Assembly (NCBI GenBank): GCA_002839855.1
Contig: PGYV01000009.1
Span: 7,220-71,219, forward strand
Reading direction: 5' to 3'
Length of the DNA stretch: 64,000 bases
Origin: Candidatus Goldiibacteriota bacterium HGW-Goldbacteria-1
GTDB taxonomy: Bacteria > Oederibacteriota > PGYV01
Positions 38,613 through 49,768 of the stretch are shown piece by piece (position 1 is the stretch's first letter; each line of letters starts with the position of its first letter). A model generated the notes under the pieces. It searched no databases, was not told where the DNA came from, and saw only the letters and a list, made by a program, of their open reading frames with translations. The position numbers and the translations under genes are program-made.

Positions 38613-39050
38613 TTAGGCGCGTTTTTTTGTCTTACCCTTTGACTTTGGCTTTACCTTAATTACTTTTGAACTTTTATTAAGCGTATTTACAAGCAGCTGT
38701 ATTTTATCCGTGCTTTCAGCGCTTATTAAGTGCTGTATTTTGGAGGCTTCTTCTTTTGCCCTGTTTTCACCTGTTTTTACAGTGTTTTGAAGGAAGTCCA
38801 ATAGTATTTCATATTTGCGGTTTATGGCTTCTGCCGCCTGTTTACCGCGCGGGGTCAGGGTGATAAACCCGTAGCGCTCGTGCTGAATAAGCTCCGCCCT
38901 TTTAAGGTAGTTGACGGCGGATACCACGCTTGCTTTTCTCACTTCCATTTTACGCCCAATATCCGAAACCCTGGCTACCTTTTTTTCCTTTTCAAGCAGG
39001 TATATTATCTTTAAATAATCCGCCATGGCGGCAGACAGCTTATTTTCCAT
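38613..39050 (-). CDS. DtxR/MntR family transcriptional regulator (degenerate metal sites)
   Basis: DYLKIIY, ARVSDIG, ITLTPRG. Confidence 0.8.
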   Translation of the reverse strand: MENKLSAAMADYLKIIYLLEKEKKVARVSDIGRKMEVRKASVVSAVNYLKRAELIQHERYGFITLTPRGKQAAEAINRKYEILLDFLQNTVKTGENRAKEEASKIQHLISAESTDKIQLLVNTLNKSSKVIKVKPKSKGKTKKRA

Positions 39051-39142
39051 TTAAACCACCCTTTATTTGTTATATGAACCTAACAAGATTATATAAGATT
39101 AATAGGTTTACGTCAATGCGATGCAAGCTAAATTAAATACTG

Positions 39143-39991
39143 TTACTTTTCTGTATTCCTATATGCGTAAAGCAAAATGTCCTGAAATGTATTTTTTTTA
39201 AAAACAGGCAGTATATTGGTGCTTATCTGATACTTAAAACCGGCTTTAACCGCCTGATCAAGTATCACAGATGTTATTTCTTTGCTCATATCAATATTAT
39301 GGTGTATTTCTATCACCATCTCTTTAATTTCATTTATCTTTTTACTCGCTGTAATTTCATTCATCACAGCATCTTCAGCGCCTTCAATATCCATTTTTAA
39401 AAAATCAATTTTTTCATTTATATACGAAGAAAGCATTGCGGTTTTTACAGGCAATTTATTGCCTTTGCTGTTTCTGTTTTCCGATATACTCATCTGCAGA
39501 CTGCCTTTATTTTTATCAGGAATATAAAAATCAATTGTCTTTTCACTGTCATATAAAGCGGCATTTACAATTGTTGCATTATTAATGCCATTTATTTCTA
39601 CATTTTCTTTAAGCAGTCTGAATGTTTCCGGATCAGGTTCAAATGCAGTTATTTTCGCGTTTTTATACAGGTATTTGAAGTATAGAACAGACATCCCCAT
39701 ATTGCTGCCGCAGTCAAGTATTTTTGGAGCAGCCTCTTGGGTTTCAAAATAATACTGTTTTGTAAGAAATATTTCTTCAAATAATCCATAAAATGTATAA
39801 AACTCAAAAAAATTAACTTTAAATCCAAGAAATTTGGTTTTTAAAATTTTCAACCGCAGAAGTTTAACAAAAAATATGTATTTTAAGAACAGCCCGGTAT
39901 AAGTTGATGCCATTACAACCCTTTCTTTCCCTTTATAATTGCTGATTAACCTTTTAAAGTAGTAAAAAAACTCTCTAAATGCATATATCAT
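39143..39991 (-). CDS. FkbM family methyltransferase
   Basis: DCGSNMG, AFEPDP, KMDIEGAE. Confidence 0.9.
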   Translation of the reverse strand: MIYAFREFFYYFKRLISNYKGKERVVMASTYTGLFLKYIFFVKLLRLKILKTKFLGFKVNFFEFYTFYGLFEEIFLTKQYYFETQEAAPKILDCGSNMGMSVLYFKYLYKNAKITAFEPDPETFRLLKENVEINGINNATIVNAALYDSEKTIDFYIPDKNKGSLQMSISENRNSKGNKLPVKTAMLSSYINEKIDFLKMDIEGAEDAVMNEITASKKINEIKEMVIEIHHNIDMSKEITSVILDQAVKAGFKYQISTNILPVFKKNTFQDILLYAYRNTEK

Positions 39992-40021
39992 TTCTCACCC
40001 CTGTCATTTATTAATAAAACC

Positions 40022-40120
40022 TTACATAAAAGGAGATGTGAAGTAAATATCCGGTATTGCGTACAATAAACCTAAAAATATAAACCCCCCGGCAAATATC
40101 AGGTTTGCCGCTATTGCCAT
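40022..40120 (-). CDS. 32-aa hydrophobic small protein (not in ORF track)
   Basis: MAIAANLIFAGGFIFLGLLYAIPDIYFTSPFM; SD GGAG; overlaps the stop of the upstream GT-C gene. Confidence 0.45.
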   Translation of the reverse strand: MAIAANLIFAGGFIFLGLLYAIPDIYFTSPFM

Positions 40121-41706
40121 CTGCGCTCCATTTTATATATTACAGTGCCGTAATACTTTTTTGTCTCTTTTATATTAAACCGGTCTTTAACCCATTTAAT
40201 TTCTTCCGCGTTTAAAGGTGATTCAAATTTATTTTTGGAATGCCACACACTGCCTGCGGGCAGCCACGGCTGTTTGATTCCGATACTGTCATCATTTACA
40301 AACCACACTTCCCTGTAATTTCTGATAATACCGGCAAGTTCATTTTCTGTTATAAGGTTTTTGTCTTCCCCGCCGCGTATTTCAAGTTTAAACTTTTTTA
40401 CCAGAATTTCGTCCCTGAACTTTTCCCATTTTACCCTTATGTTATATCTTAACCCTTTTTTCTTTGTTTCAGTTACTTTGCCTATGTACCTGTTTTCAAA
40501 ATTACTTCTGTGTTTAACCCTGTTATAAAATTCAAAGGCAGAATAGGAATTTATGCTGCTGTGAACGACAAACGCGCCTTCTTTTGCGTCTTTAACAAAT
40601 TCAGAATACTGTTTTTTATAATCAATCTTCCTGTATTTTTCATTTCCGTAATAATTATAAAAAGCCACGCCATAAAATATGAACATCACCGACAGCGCCA
40701 GTATAATGCCTTCTCTTGATAAATAAGATATGCCTATTGCTAAAAGCACAAGTACAAGCGCGCATAAAAGGATAAGCCCGCTTTCCGGATATATGAACCT
40801 GCCAAAAGCAGCTGCCAGCCACGGTATGACAAAATAAAGAAGAGTAACCCAGGAGATAACCGAAATAATTTTCATGTTCTTATGCCTGTATGTGAAAACC
40901 GCCATTATAATAAGGTAAAGGACTCCCGCAAAACCTATTCCGGAAATAAAATTAAAATCAGCCGTAAAGCCAAACAGATAATCCTTAAGCGCTATAAACG
41001 GCGCCAGCAGGGTATTTGCCTTTAAAACCACCCCTGAAACACCCTTTAAAAGAAAAGGCAATGCCGGCAGAATAAGGATAAGTATTATCACCTGCGCCTT
41101 TATCCACAGGTTTATCCTGATTTCATCCCTGTATTTTATGAAAATAAGCAGGTTAAAAATAATAAGAAGCACAGCGGTAAGGCTGTGGGTATATATTCCC
41201 ACTACCGACCATAAGACAAAAGGTTTCAGCAGAAAACTGTTGTACTTTACCGACATCAGAAAATAATATGTCAGAAGAAGGGAAACAAATAAAAACATAC
41301 TGAAAACCGCGGCTTCCTGCGAGTAATAAACAAGGTACGGGTTTAAAGCAAACAGAAAGAAAGCTGTAAGGCTTATTGTCTCGCTGAAAAACGCGCGCAC
41401 AAGGCGGTAAAACACAAGCATTGAGGCAATTGAAAATAAAAGCGGCAGCAGCCTTAATGATGTTTCCGAGTACCCGAAAATATTACAGGTAATATGCTGC
41501 ATCATGTAAAACAGAGGCGGATGCGGCTGTGACGCGAAACTGTTCCAGAAAACCGTAATTAAATTTGAATCTGCCGCGAAACGCGCGGTTATAAATTCAT
41601 CCGGCCCTATGCTTTGGCCTGAAATGCCGATTACCCTTAAAGCCGTCCCTGCCAGAAATAAAAGCACAAGATACAGCCCGCTGTTTGCGTTAATGTTCAG
41701 TTTCAT
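40111..41706 (-). CDS. GT39/ArnT-like polytopic glycosyltransferase
   Basis: DE motif, HPPLFY, SLRL, YYSQEA. Confidence 0.82.
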   Translation of the reverse strand: MKLNINANSGLYLVLLFLAGTALRVIGISGQSIGPDEFITARFAADSNLITVFWNSFASQPHPPLFYMMQHITCNIFGYSETSLRLLPLLFSIASMLVFYRLVRAFFSETISLTAFFLFALNPYLVYYSQEAAVFSMFLFVSLLLTYYFLMSVKYNSFLLKPFVLWSVVGIYTHSLTAVLLIIFNLLIFIKYRDEIRINLWIKAQVIILILILPALPFLLKGVSGVVLKANTLLAPFIALKDYLFGFTADFNFISGIGFAGVLYLIIMAVFTYRHKNMKIISVISWVTLLYFVIPWLAAAFGRFIYPESGLILLCALVLVLLAIGISYLSREGIILALSVMFIFYGVAFYNYYGNEKYRKIDYKKQYSEFVKDAKEGAFVVHSSINSYSAFEFYNRVKHRSNFENRYIGKVTETKKKGLRYNIRVKWEKFRDEILVKKFKLEIRGGEDKNLITENELAGIIRNYREVWFVNDDSIGIKQPWLPAGSVWHSKNKFESPLNAEEIKWVKDRFNIKETKKYYGTVIYKMERRWQ

Positions 41707-42847
41707 TTTTCACCGCTGATAGGTATATTTTTAATGTCTCCTGTGCTGTTTCTTTCCAGGAAAAAGTTTTTACCCTTTCAAGTCCAAGTTCCGTTAACGC
41801 TTTTCTTTTTGCCTCGCTTTTTTCCAGTTCTGTCATTGCCCTTACCATGTCTTCGGCGGAAAAAGGGTCAATGAACATGGCCGCATCCCCCGCCACCTCT
41901 TTTAAAGAGGTGTTGTCGGATGTAATTACAGGCAGGCCGCACGCGAAAGCTTCAAGCACCTGCAGGCCAAACCCTTCCCACATCGACGGAAAAAAGAAAA
42001 ATAAAGCGTTATTATACAGCATTACCATGTCATCATCCCCGACATATTCAGTTATGATTACATATTTTTCAAGATTCTTTTCCTTTATTACTTTTTCTAT
42101 ATTTGTGGTCTGAAGTTCTTTTTTCCCTATGGACGTGATAACCAGCTGGTATTTATACTCGCATATGTTATTAAAAAGGTTAAAAGCGTGAAGCGCGCGT
42201 TCGGTATTTTTTCTTAAATCCGCGGCAGCGCTTATCATTACATAAGGCTTGGTAATTTTATATTTTGCTTTTACTTTTTCGCTTCTGTTTTTGTCATTTA
42301 CTATTTTATATTTTTTATCAACGCCTTCTTTTATTACCGCAATCTTTTCTGCTTTAACACCCGCGTGCTTTATTATGTCGTTTTTTGAATACTCAGATAC
42401 GGTTATCACCTTATCCGCCGTCTTTCCGGATATGGGTATTGAAATCTTATTGTAAATATCCACCAGCCTCTGTTTTAAACTGGGTTTTAAAATGGCTTTT
42501 GTTATGGGCCTTATGAACATTGTATCGTGAATGGTCACCACTTTTTTGCCACGAAACAGCGGCATCATATATGGGATTGTGTTGTCCGTGCCGTGCAGAA
42601 CGTCTATTTTATCTTTTGCCGCGGCAAGAGGCAGGTGAAACTGTTCATACATAAATGCGTTAGTTGTGTTTAATCTGCGGATGACGCAGTTTTTTGCGGT
42701 GATAAGGTCGGCCAGCACGGTATTACGGTCAAGGTAAATAAAATAATGATTTTCCCTGTCTTCGGCAAGCAGATGGCTGAACAGGTTTGCAATATAGCGG
42801 CCCACTCCCCGCCTGTACATTATTCTGGCGTCTATCCCTATGCGCAT
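41690..42847 (-). CDS. GT4 glycosyltransferase
   Basis: TIHD, RKN, EGFGLQVLEAFACG. Confidence 0.93.
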   Translation of the reverse strand: MRIGIDARIMYRRGVGRYIANLFSHLLAEDRENHYFIYLDRNTVLADLITAKNCVIRRLNTTNAFMYEQFHLPLAAAKDKIDVLHGTDNTIPYMMPLFRGKKVVTIHDTMFIRPITKAILKPSLKQRLVDIYNKISIPISGKTADKVITVSEYSKNDIIKHAGVKAEKIAVIKEGVDKKYKIVNDKNRSEKVKAKYKITKPYVMISAAADLRKNTERALHAFNLFNNICEYKYQLVITSIGKKELQTTNIEKVIKEKNLEKYVIITEYVGDDDMVMLYNNALFFFFPSMWEGFGLQVLEAFACGLPVITSDNTSLKEVAGDAAMFIDPFSAEDMVRAMTELEKSEAKRKALTELGLERVKTFSWKETAQETLKIYLSAVKNETEH

Positions 42848-42869
42848 ATAATAAAATCCCTGTTGGTTT

Positions 42870-43619
42870 TCATTTCTTTCCCGTCACTATGAAACTTCCG
42901 CCTTTTTTATTTAGCAAAAGCGAACCTACAGCATCTGTCAGGTTAAGAAGCCCAAACACAAAACCCTGCGGCATTTTGCCAAGCGCGTCTTCAAGGCCAT
43001 ACGGCAGCCTTAAATAATTGGTGTTTATTATTTTAACAGACTGAAAACCGGCGTTTTTAAAAAGTTCAGCCGTTTCATCCGGGCTGAAGTTAAACAGGTG
43101 GTCTTTGTGTTCTTCTTCCAGCTGCTTTGCCTTTTTCTTAAATAATGCCTTATAATAAGAATTTTTATTGGTTAAAGTGACTATAAGGGAGCCGCCTGTA
43201 TTAAGCGCGGTATAAGCGTTTTTTATCACTGTCTGCGGCTCATAACAGTGGTCAAGCACCTCTTTTATAAGAACCGCGTCAAATTCATCTTTATATGTTA
43301 TTTCTTCCCCTGTACCCCTTTTAAGCTGGTATTCTTCTTCATTTATGTCAAATTCAAGCATAGCTTCAGAAGGTTCTATACCCACATACCTTTTAACAAT
43401 ATCCTTTACTTCCCCAAAAAACTCTCCCCTGCCCGCCCCGATATCCAGCATTGTGATATATCCGTTCTGTTCCACAACTTCATCAGCAATAATACGGCAT
43501 ATTTTTTTATTAAGCCTTACCCACCTTTTTTTCATAAGGGCATTGGCTTTATATTTTAGAAAATCCTTATCATCCCATTTTAACTGCGTCTCTTCCCACT
43601 GCTTTTTTTTGTCTTCCAA
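42870..43619 (-). CDS. class I SAM-dependent methyltransferase
   Basis: LDIGAGRG, EVLDH. Confidence 0.88.
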   Translation of the reverse strand: MEDKKKQWEETQLKWDDKDFLKYKANALMKKRWVRLNKKICRIIADEVVEQNGYITMLDIGAGRGEFFGEVKDIVKRYVGIEPSEAMLEFDINEEEYQLKRGTGEEITYKDEFDAVLIKEVLDHCYEPQTVIKNAYTALNTGGSLIVTLTNKNSYYKALFKKKAKQLEEEHKDHLFNFSPDETAELFKNAGFQSVKIINTNYLRLPYGLEDALGKMPQGFVFGLLNLTDAVGSLLLNKKGGSFIVTGKK

Positions 43620-43655
43620 AAAGCCCTCCGCTTGTCATTTAAATTTTCTAAAAAA

Positions 43656-44552
43656 TTACCGCTTTTTACGCGCACCAACAAAAAAACCGTTGCTTAACCC
43701 GAAAAGTTTCCACGGCAGCTCCAGAAATTCCATTACCGGCCGCAGTATGTAAAAAAAACGGTATACCGCCTTCTTTTTTCCGCCCGCTGTATCCACAGGC
43801 GTTTTTTTAACATTATTACCTTTCATTTTATTCCTCACCATTTTAAACAATAACTCATCCGCAAGCAACGTAAAAAAAGAGTGAAGAAACCCTATTTTAA
43901 CATCAGGGCAGCCAAGTTTATATACGGCATGTGCTGTTTTGTATGGCTCGGCAAACTGCTCCCTGAAATGGCCGCCTTCGGTATCCTGTCCAAGTTTTCC
44001 AAAGGTAATTAAACGCAGGAACCAGTGCCATGTGAATATATCCCTTTTGGAAATTGCATAAATTAAAAGTTTTCCTCCGGGTTTTAATACCCTAACCATT
44101 TCTGATAAAACCTTTTCCTTGCTTTCCACATGTTCCAGTACATCAAAAGAAACAACGGCATCAAAATAGTTTTTATCAAAAGGCATTTTTTCAAGCACGG
44201 AATTTTTGTAAGTTATTTTTTTTGAACCCGCTTCTTTGGCGCGCTGAAGCGCAAGTTTGGACAGGTCACAGCCATACCCTTTTATTTTGTACATTGCTTC
44301 CAGCTGATTAATAAGGACTCCGGGGCCGCACCCCGCGTCCAAAACTTTCATACCCGGCTTTAATTCAAGTTTTTCAAGTTCTTTAATATTACGGGCGGCT
44401 TTAAAACTTACGCCCAGCATCCTGTTATCACGCGCGTCAGCAACGTGGGATTTCATATATTCAATAAAAAACTTTTTATCTTCATATATAGGCCTGTATT
44501 CTTTGTCTTTGCCGTCATACAGGTCTTTTTGAATTTTTGTAATTTTTTTCAT
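43656..44552 (-). CDS. class I SAM-dependent methyltransferase
   Basis: LDAGCGPG, VLEHV, RVLKPGG. Confidence 0.9.
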   Translation of the reverse strand: MKKITKIQKDLYDGKDKEYRPIYEDKKFFIEYMKSHVADARDNRMLGVSFKAARNIKELEKLELKPGMKVLDAGCGPGVLINQLEAMYKIKGYGCDLSKLALQRAKEAGSKKITYKNSVLEKMPFDKNYFDAVVSFDVLEHVESKEKVLSEMVRVLKPGGKLLIYAISKRDIFTWHWFLRLITFGKLGQDTEGGHFREQFAEPYKTAHAVYKLGCPDVKIGFLHSFFTLLADELLFKMVRNKMKGNNVKKTPVDTAGGKKKAVYRFFYILRPVMEFLELPWKLFGLSNGFFVGARKKR

Positions 44553-44581
44553 GATTGCCTCTCATGTCATTTTCCTGCTGC

Positions 44582-45652
44582 CTAAAACAGTTCGTCCTCT
44601 TTTACATACTGTATTATATTGTGTTTCTGTTTGTTTTTTAATATCCTGTCCGCAATAGAATGGATGAATTCCGGGGGAATTTCAAGGCATATCTTTCCCC
44701 TGTCGCATTCTGCCTGCTGGCACTTAGCGCACGGCACGTCTTTTGTGACTATGTATGAATTTTTACCCAAAGCACCCCACTCTTTATAATCCGCCGCGCC
44801 GGAAAAAACGGTAAGTGATTTCACGTTAAAAGCGGATGCAATATGCACAGCCGCGGAGTCATTGCCTATCACTATCTGCGCGCGCTTTATAAGCGAACCC
44901 ATCTCCCTTACTGTTATTATTCCCGAAAGGTTGACTATATTTTTGCCTTTAATTGACATTATATCGCCGTCTGTTTTATTGCCCACCACCACCACGTTGA
45001 TTTTTTTTGCAAGCATGGCCGCAAGGTTTCTGTAATTATCAATCCCCCAGTCCTTTGAAGAATGGCCGGAAACCGGGTGCAATACGGCGAATTTTTCCAC
45101 TTCGCCTTTTTTTAAAAGCCTTGTGATATTTTCTTCGCTCTGTTTTGACAGCGCAAAACCAAGTTTTACCGGGTATTTTTTTCCGGTAATACGCTGCAAA
45201 AATAAAATATGTTTTTCAGTTTCATGAATGTTTCTTTTGGGAGATGCCATTTTTCTGTTAATGCCAAAACCCGCCCCGTTTACATCATACCCGTATTTAT
45301 CGCGGGCATTTGAAAATGACAGTATTAAGGAGCTTAACCTGTCCTGCCACCTAAGCGAAATAAGCGTGTCAAAATGGTGTTTGTTTACATGTTTTAAAAC
45401 AGATAAAGCAGAACCCCACCTTTCAAACAGTGATTTCTTTTCATATGACAGCCATAATGGATTTATTACCTCTATTTTATCAAACAACCCAAGCCCTTCA
45501 AGCGCTTCTTTGCCCGCGGGGCTTAAAAAAGCGGTAATGTGCGCGTGTTTATAGTGCTGCCTTAAACCGAAAAAAAACGGAGACGCAAGTACTGCGTCTC
45601 CGATTCCGTCTGCTTTAATCACGCCTATCCTGATTTTACGGTTTTTTTCCAT
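44582..45652 (-). CDS. GT9 (LPS heptosyltransferase-like) glycosyltransferase
   Basis: GIGDAVL, KDW, GNDSAAVHIA, C-terminal Cys cluster. Confidence 0.9.
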   Translation of the reverse strand: MEKNRKIRIGVIKADGIGDAVLASPFFFGLRQHYKHAHITAFLSPAGKEALEGLGLFDKIEVINPLWLSYEKKSLFERWGSALSVLKHVNKHHFDTLISLRWQDRLSSLILSFSNARDKYGYDVNGAGFGINRKMASPKRNIHETEKHILFLQRITGKKYPVKLGFALSKQSEENITRLLKKGEVEKFAVLHPVSGHSSKDWGIDNYRNLAAMLAKKINVVVVGNKTDGDIMSIKGKNIVNLSGIITVREMGSLIKRAQIVIGNDSAAVHIASAFNVKSLTVFSGAADYKEWGALGKNSYIVTKDVPCAKCQQAECDRGKICLEIPPEFIHSIADRILKNKQKHNIIQYVKEDELF

Positions 45653-45664
45653 TATGCTCCGTTT

Positions 45665-45784
45665 AAAAAATAGCGCTTTAACGAATTAAGCATTTAAGCT
45701 ATAGCGAGAACACTGCTGCTTTTCATATTTTTCTTTGCTTATCTTAATTGCTTAACTGCTTATATGTTTAATACGCTATTTTTT
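45665..45784. repeat. imperfect inverted element with octamer (TTAAGCAn) arms
   Basis: AAAAAATAGCG...CGCTATTTTTT ends; TAAGCA/TGCTTA units. Confidence 0.55.
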
Positions 45785-47527
45785 TTAGTCCATGAACCCT
45801 TTTAAGTTTTTTGCCCTTGCAGGGTGCCTTAATTTTCTTAACGCTTTTGCCTCTATCTGCCTTACGCGTTCGCGCGTAACCTTGAATATTTTTCCCACTT
45901 CTTCAAGGGTGTGCGGCACTCCGTCGCCTATTCCAAAACGCAGGCGCAGGACTTCCGCTTCCCTTTCCTTTAATGTATGCAGCACTTTTTCAATCTGTTC
46001 TTTTAACAGTACGTTAACCGCCGCTGCTGCCGGCGATATTGCGTCTTTATCTTCAATGAAATCGCCAAGGTGAGAATCTTTTTCCTCGCCTATGGGTGTT
46101 TCAAGCGAAATAGGGTGCTGTGATATTTTAAGCACAGAACGCACTTTTTCCGCGGACATACCCATTTTTTTTGCTATTTCTTCCGGCTTTGGTTCGCGGC
46201 CATACTGCTGCACAAACTGGCGCGCCACTTTATTTAGTTTATTTATGGTCTCTATCATGTGCACTGGTATGCGGATTGTGCGCGCCTGATCCGCGATAGC
46301 CCTTGTAATTGCCTGCCTTATCCACCATGTGGCGTAAGTGGAGAACTTATAGCCGCGCTTGTATTCAAACCGCTCTACAGCGCGCATTAGCCCAATATTT
46401 CCTTCCTGAATAAGATCAAGGAAAGACAGCCCTTTATTGATATACTTTTTTGCGATGGATACAACAAGCCTTAAATTGGCCACAACAAGTTCTTTTCTTG
46501 TTATGCGCGCTTCAAGCATATTCTTTTTTATCTTGTAGGCAATGGACTTTAAATCTTCCTTTTTCATCCCTACAAAATCTTCTTCCCGTTTAATGCTGTT
46601 TTTTATATCCTTTACTTCTTTTAAAACATCCGTGAACCTTGCCTTGTTCATTCTTTTCTTTTTTAAAAATTCATTAAGCTGTTTTCCGCCCCTGCCAAGC
46701 GAAACAAATTCTTCCGCTGTCTTGCCGTACTTCTTTTCATATACAAGCAGGTCGCGTTCATCCTTGTTTATTTTTCCCACAATACCCATTATCTTTTTGG
46801 CAATAAGGTTAATCTGCTCGTTATTAAGCTTAAGCATGTGCAGATCATCAAGTTTTTTACGGATATGCCTGTCGCGTACTTTTTCAAGTTTTTCTTTTCT
46901 GGCCGGGGTTAACCCCTTCTTTTGAAGCGCTGCTTTTACTTTTGCCGCTTCTTTTTCTTTTTTATCCGCGCTTTTAATATACTTGCTGAAACGGTCTATA
47001 AGCCTGCTTTCCACCGACGGCGGGATTTCCCCTTCAAGCTTTGTCTTGATTATATCAACTATTTTTATCGTGCCTGAATGAAGGTCATCGTCAAGCTTCT
47101 TTATTTCGTCATACCCTATCTTTGTGTCAAATATAATATTCTTTACGTTTATTTCCGCTGTCTCTATTTTCTTTGCTATCCTGACTTCGTCCTCACGGCG
47201 CTCTAAAAGCGGCACCTTTCCCATCTCGTGAAGGTACATCTGCACGGGGTCAGCCGAAAAACCGTCCGTGTCAGCTTCAAGATAGTCCACATCTTCCGCT
47301 TTTTCCGCAGGTTTTTCCGCGTTAACCGGCTGCTTGCCGTCTTCCTTTATTTCTATGTCAAACTCTTCCATGATATTAAGCATGTTATCAATGTCTTCAA
47401 CAGACGTAAAATCATTGGGAAGCGAATCGTTTAACTCTTCATAAGTTAAGAAACCTTTTTCTTTTCCTTTTTTTATCAGTTCCTGTACTGCCGGCATATT
47501 CTTTAAATTCTTACTCAAGATGTTCAC
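45785..47527 (-). CDS. rpoD: RNA polymerase sigma factor RpoD
   Basis: [41 protein letters not shown]. Confidence 0.98.
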   Translation of the reverse strand: MNILSKNLKNMPAVQELIKKGKEKGFLTYEELNDSLPNDFTSVEDIDNMLNIMEEFDIEIKEDGKQPVNAEKPAEKAEDVDYLEADTDGFSADPVQMYLHEMGKVPLLERREDEVRIAKKIETAEINVKNIIFDTKIGYDEIKKLDDDLHSGTIKIVDIIKTKLEGEIPPSVESRLIDRFSKYIKSADKKEKEAAKVKAALQKKGLTPARKEKLEKVRDRHIRKKLDDLHMLKLNNEQINLIAKKIMGIVGKINKDERDLLVYEKKYGKTAEEFVSLGRGGKQLNEFLKKKRMNKARFTDVLKEVKDIKNSIKREEDFVGMKKEDLKSIAYKIKKNMLEARITRKELVVANLRLVVSIAKKYINKGLSFLDLIQEGNIGLMRAVERFEYKRGYKFSTYATWWIRQAITRAIADQARTIRIPVHMIETINKLNKVARQFVQQYGREPKPEEIAKKMGMSAEKVRSVLKISQHPISLETPIGEEKDSHLGDFIEDKDAISPAAAAVNVLLKEQIEKVLHTLKEREAEVLRLRFGIGDGVPHTLEEVGKIFKVTRERVRQIEAKALRKLRHPARAKNLKGFMD

Positions 47528-49319
47528 CTCTTTGGCTTAGTATGTTCTGAATTTCCTGCTTTTCCTTTATATACTGCGTTACCCTATCAAAATCTTTTTC
47601 CAGCTCTGCCTGCTTTATCTTTGCCTGCAGTTCGGCCAACTTTACCGTTACCTTGTCGCCAAGAATCCTGGCTAAACAGTCGTCCATCATATTCTTAATG
47701 TCTTCTGTGGCCGACTTTGCGGTATCGCGGCTTAACGCTTCAGAGATAAAAGCAATGGCGTCATTGTCCTGCCCGAAATCAATCTGCAGGCGCGACATCA
47801 CGTTTTTTTCACCCAAAGCATAAAGCTCTTCCGTCTTTTTTAATACCGCGGAATAAAGAGCGTTTAAAAAATCATCGTGTGCGATGCCTAACAGTTCGCG
47901 CTTGTTTGTCAGATGCCTTAAAAGGACATCACGATCGTCGCGCTCAAAGGCGCAAAGCGCGTAAACGGTCAACAGCCGCTCCGCTGATTCTCTTCCTTTC
48001 TCTTTCATTCCCGCCGGTTTTTTTTCTTCCGGCGCCTTAATTATTTCCGGTTCCTGTTTTTCTTTTCCGGAAACATATCTATCAATTATACCTTCCGGAA
48101 TGTCAAAAAGCAAAGAAGCGCGCTTTACGCACTCCCGCCTGATAACGGGGCTGTCGGCTTTCGCGATTAGGGAGGCAATCTCCCTTGCTGCCGTTTCCTT
48201 ATAATAAGGATTTTTTATATCACCCGCTTCTATCAGGCGCTGTACCCTGAAATCAAAAAACGGAACGGCTGAATCAATTCGTTTTTTGAATTCTTCAGCT
48301 CCGAACTTTTTGATGAACTCATCAGGGTCCTTTGCACCTTCAAAACTTACCACACCCGCGTCTATTCCCGCTTCAAAAAGATTGTCGCCTCCGCGCACTG
48401 CTCCGGCTTTGCCGGCTTCATCCATATCATAGATAAGGTACGCTTTCTGAGTGTATCTTTTTAAAAGCCTGGCCTGGTCGGGCGTTAAAGCCGTGCCTAA
48501 AGACGCGGCTGTATTTTTAAACCCGGCAGTGTACATTGCAATCGCGTCCATATACCCTTCGGTAATGTTCACGGAACCTGCCGCGTGTTTTCTTGCGTTA
48601 TTTAAATTATATAAGTTCTTTCCTTTTGAATACGCCGGTGTCTCGGCGGAATTAATGTATTTTGGCAGCGAATCATCAAGCACCCTTGCGCCAAACGCCA
48701 CAGGGTCGTTGTAGACATTCAGAATGGGAAATATTATCCTGTTTCTGAATACGTCATATCCGCCGCCTGTGTCGCCTTTCTTGCAAATCCAGGCTTTGTA
48801 TATAAGTTCTTCTGAATACCCTTTTGATTTTAACAGGCCGAATAATCCCGAACCCGGGGGCGCGTAGCCAAGCATAAATTCATCCACAGTTTCCTGTGAA
48901 ATACCGCGCGCCTTGATATATTCTTTGGCGGCAGGATTTTTTTCCAGGTTTTCCCTGAAATAATCCAAAGCTGCTTTATTGATGGCTATTATTTTTTCAC
49001 GCTCATCAAACTTTCCGCCCGTGTACTGCTGTTCTTCAATCTGTATGCCGGAGCGCCTTGCAAGAAGCCTTACCGCTTCCACAAAGTTCAGGTTCTCCTG
49101 TTTTTGAATGAACGTAAATACGTTTCCGCCGGCGCCGCAGCCAAAGCAGTGATATATCTGCTTGTCAGGGCTGACCATAAACGACGCGGTCTTTTCGCCG
49201 TGAAAAGGGCACCTTGCCTTAAAATTGCTCCCGGATTTCTTAAGTTCCAGATATTCGGAAAGCACTTCAACTATGTCGCTTGCGCTTTTTATGTCCTCTA
49301 TCTTTTCGGGCGGTATCAT
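47511..49319 (-). CDS. dnaG: DNA primase
   Basis: CPFH...CFGC zinc finger, EGYMD, DMD, KDPDE. Confidence 0.98.
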   Translation of the reverse strand: MIPPEKIEDIKSASDIVEVLSEYLELKKSGSNFKARCPFHGEKTASFMVSPDKQIYHCFGCGAGGNVFTFIQKQENLNFVEAVRLLARRSGIQIEEQQYTGGKFDEREKIIAINKAALDYFRENLEKNPAAKEYIKARGISQETVDEFMLGYAPPGSGLFGLLKSKGYSEELIYKAWICKKGDTGGGYDVFRNRIIFPILNVYNDPVAFGARVLDDSLPKYINSAETPAYSKGKNLYNLNNARKHAAGSVNITEGYMDAIAMYTAGFKNTAASLGTALTPDQARLLKRYTQKAYLIYDMDEAGKAGAVRGGDNLFEAGIDAGVVSFEGAKDPDEFIKKFGAEEFKKRIDSAVPFFDFRVQRLIEAGDIKNPYYKETAAREIASLIAKADSPVIRRECVKRASLLFDIPEGIIDRYVSGKEKQEPEIIKAPEEKKPAGMKEKGRESAERLLTVYALCAFERDDRDVLLRHLTNKRELLGIAHDDFLNALYSAVLKKTEELYALGEKNVMSRLQIDFGQDNDAIAFISEALSRDTAKSATEDIKNMMDDCLARILGDKVTVKLAELQAKIKQAELEKDFDRVTQYIKEKQEIQNILSQRGEHLE

Positions 49320-49768
49320 ATGTGTGAACCCGTTATTGCCTTTTCTACAGCGGTTAAAAGCCTGTTTTTATCCTCATCCGTAAAAGCATGCGGCCCTTTA
49401 ATTCTTATTTTTCCTGTTTTCTTTCTGCGCGACTTTTTTGCTTTTGACGCGGCTTCCATGGCGCCGCGCGCCGTGTCCGCGTCAAGCAGAAACCCGCGGC
49501 TGTTTATCGTAATTACGCCTTTGCCCTGCAGCACGTATGCCAGCGGGCTGTCCTGCGTTATGGCTATGTCGCCCGGCTGCGCTATGTTCATTATTTTTAT
49601 GTCCGCCGCCTGAGGCTCGCTTTCAACATTTATAATCTCTTCGCCGTCTTCTTTTTCCGTGTGGTGCGCAAAGCTCATTACCGACACCGCTTTTATTCCG
49701 CGCGCTTTGGCAAGTTTTATGATTTCTTTCCTGCAGGGCTGCGCGTCCGCGTCTATTACTATTTTCAC
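49316..49768 (-). CDS. YaiI/YqxD (DUF188) protein
   Basis: IDADAQP, AAD, ITQD. Confidence 0.88.
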   Translation of the reverse strand: MKIVIDADAQPCRKEIIKLAKARGIKAVSVMSFAHHTEKEDGEEIINVESEPQAADIKIMNIAQPGDIAITQDSPLAYVLQGKGVITINSRGFLLDADTARGAMEAASKAKKSRRKKTGKIRIKGPHAFTDEDKNRLLTAVEKAITGSHI

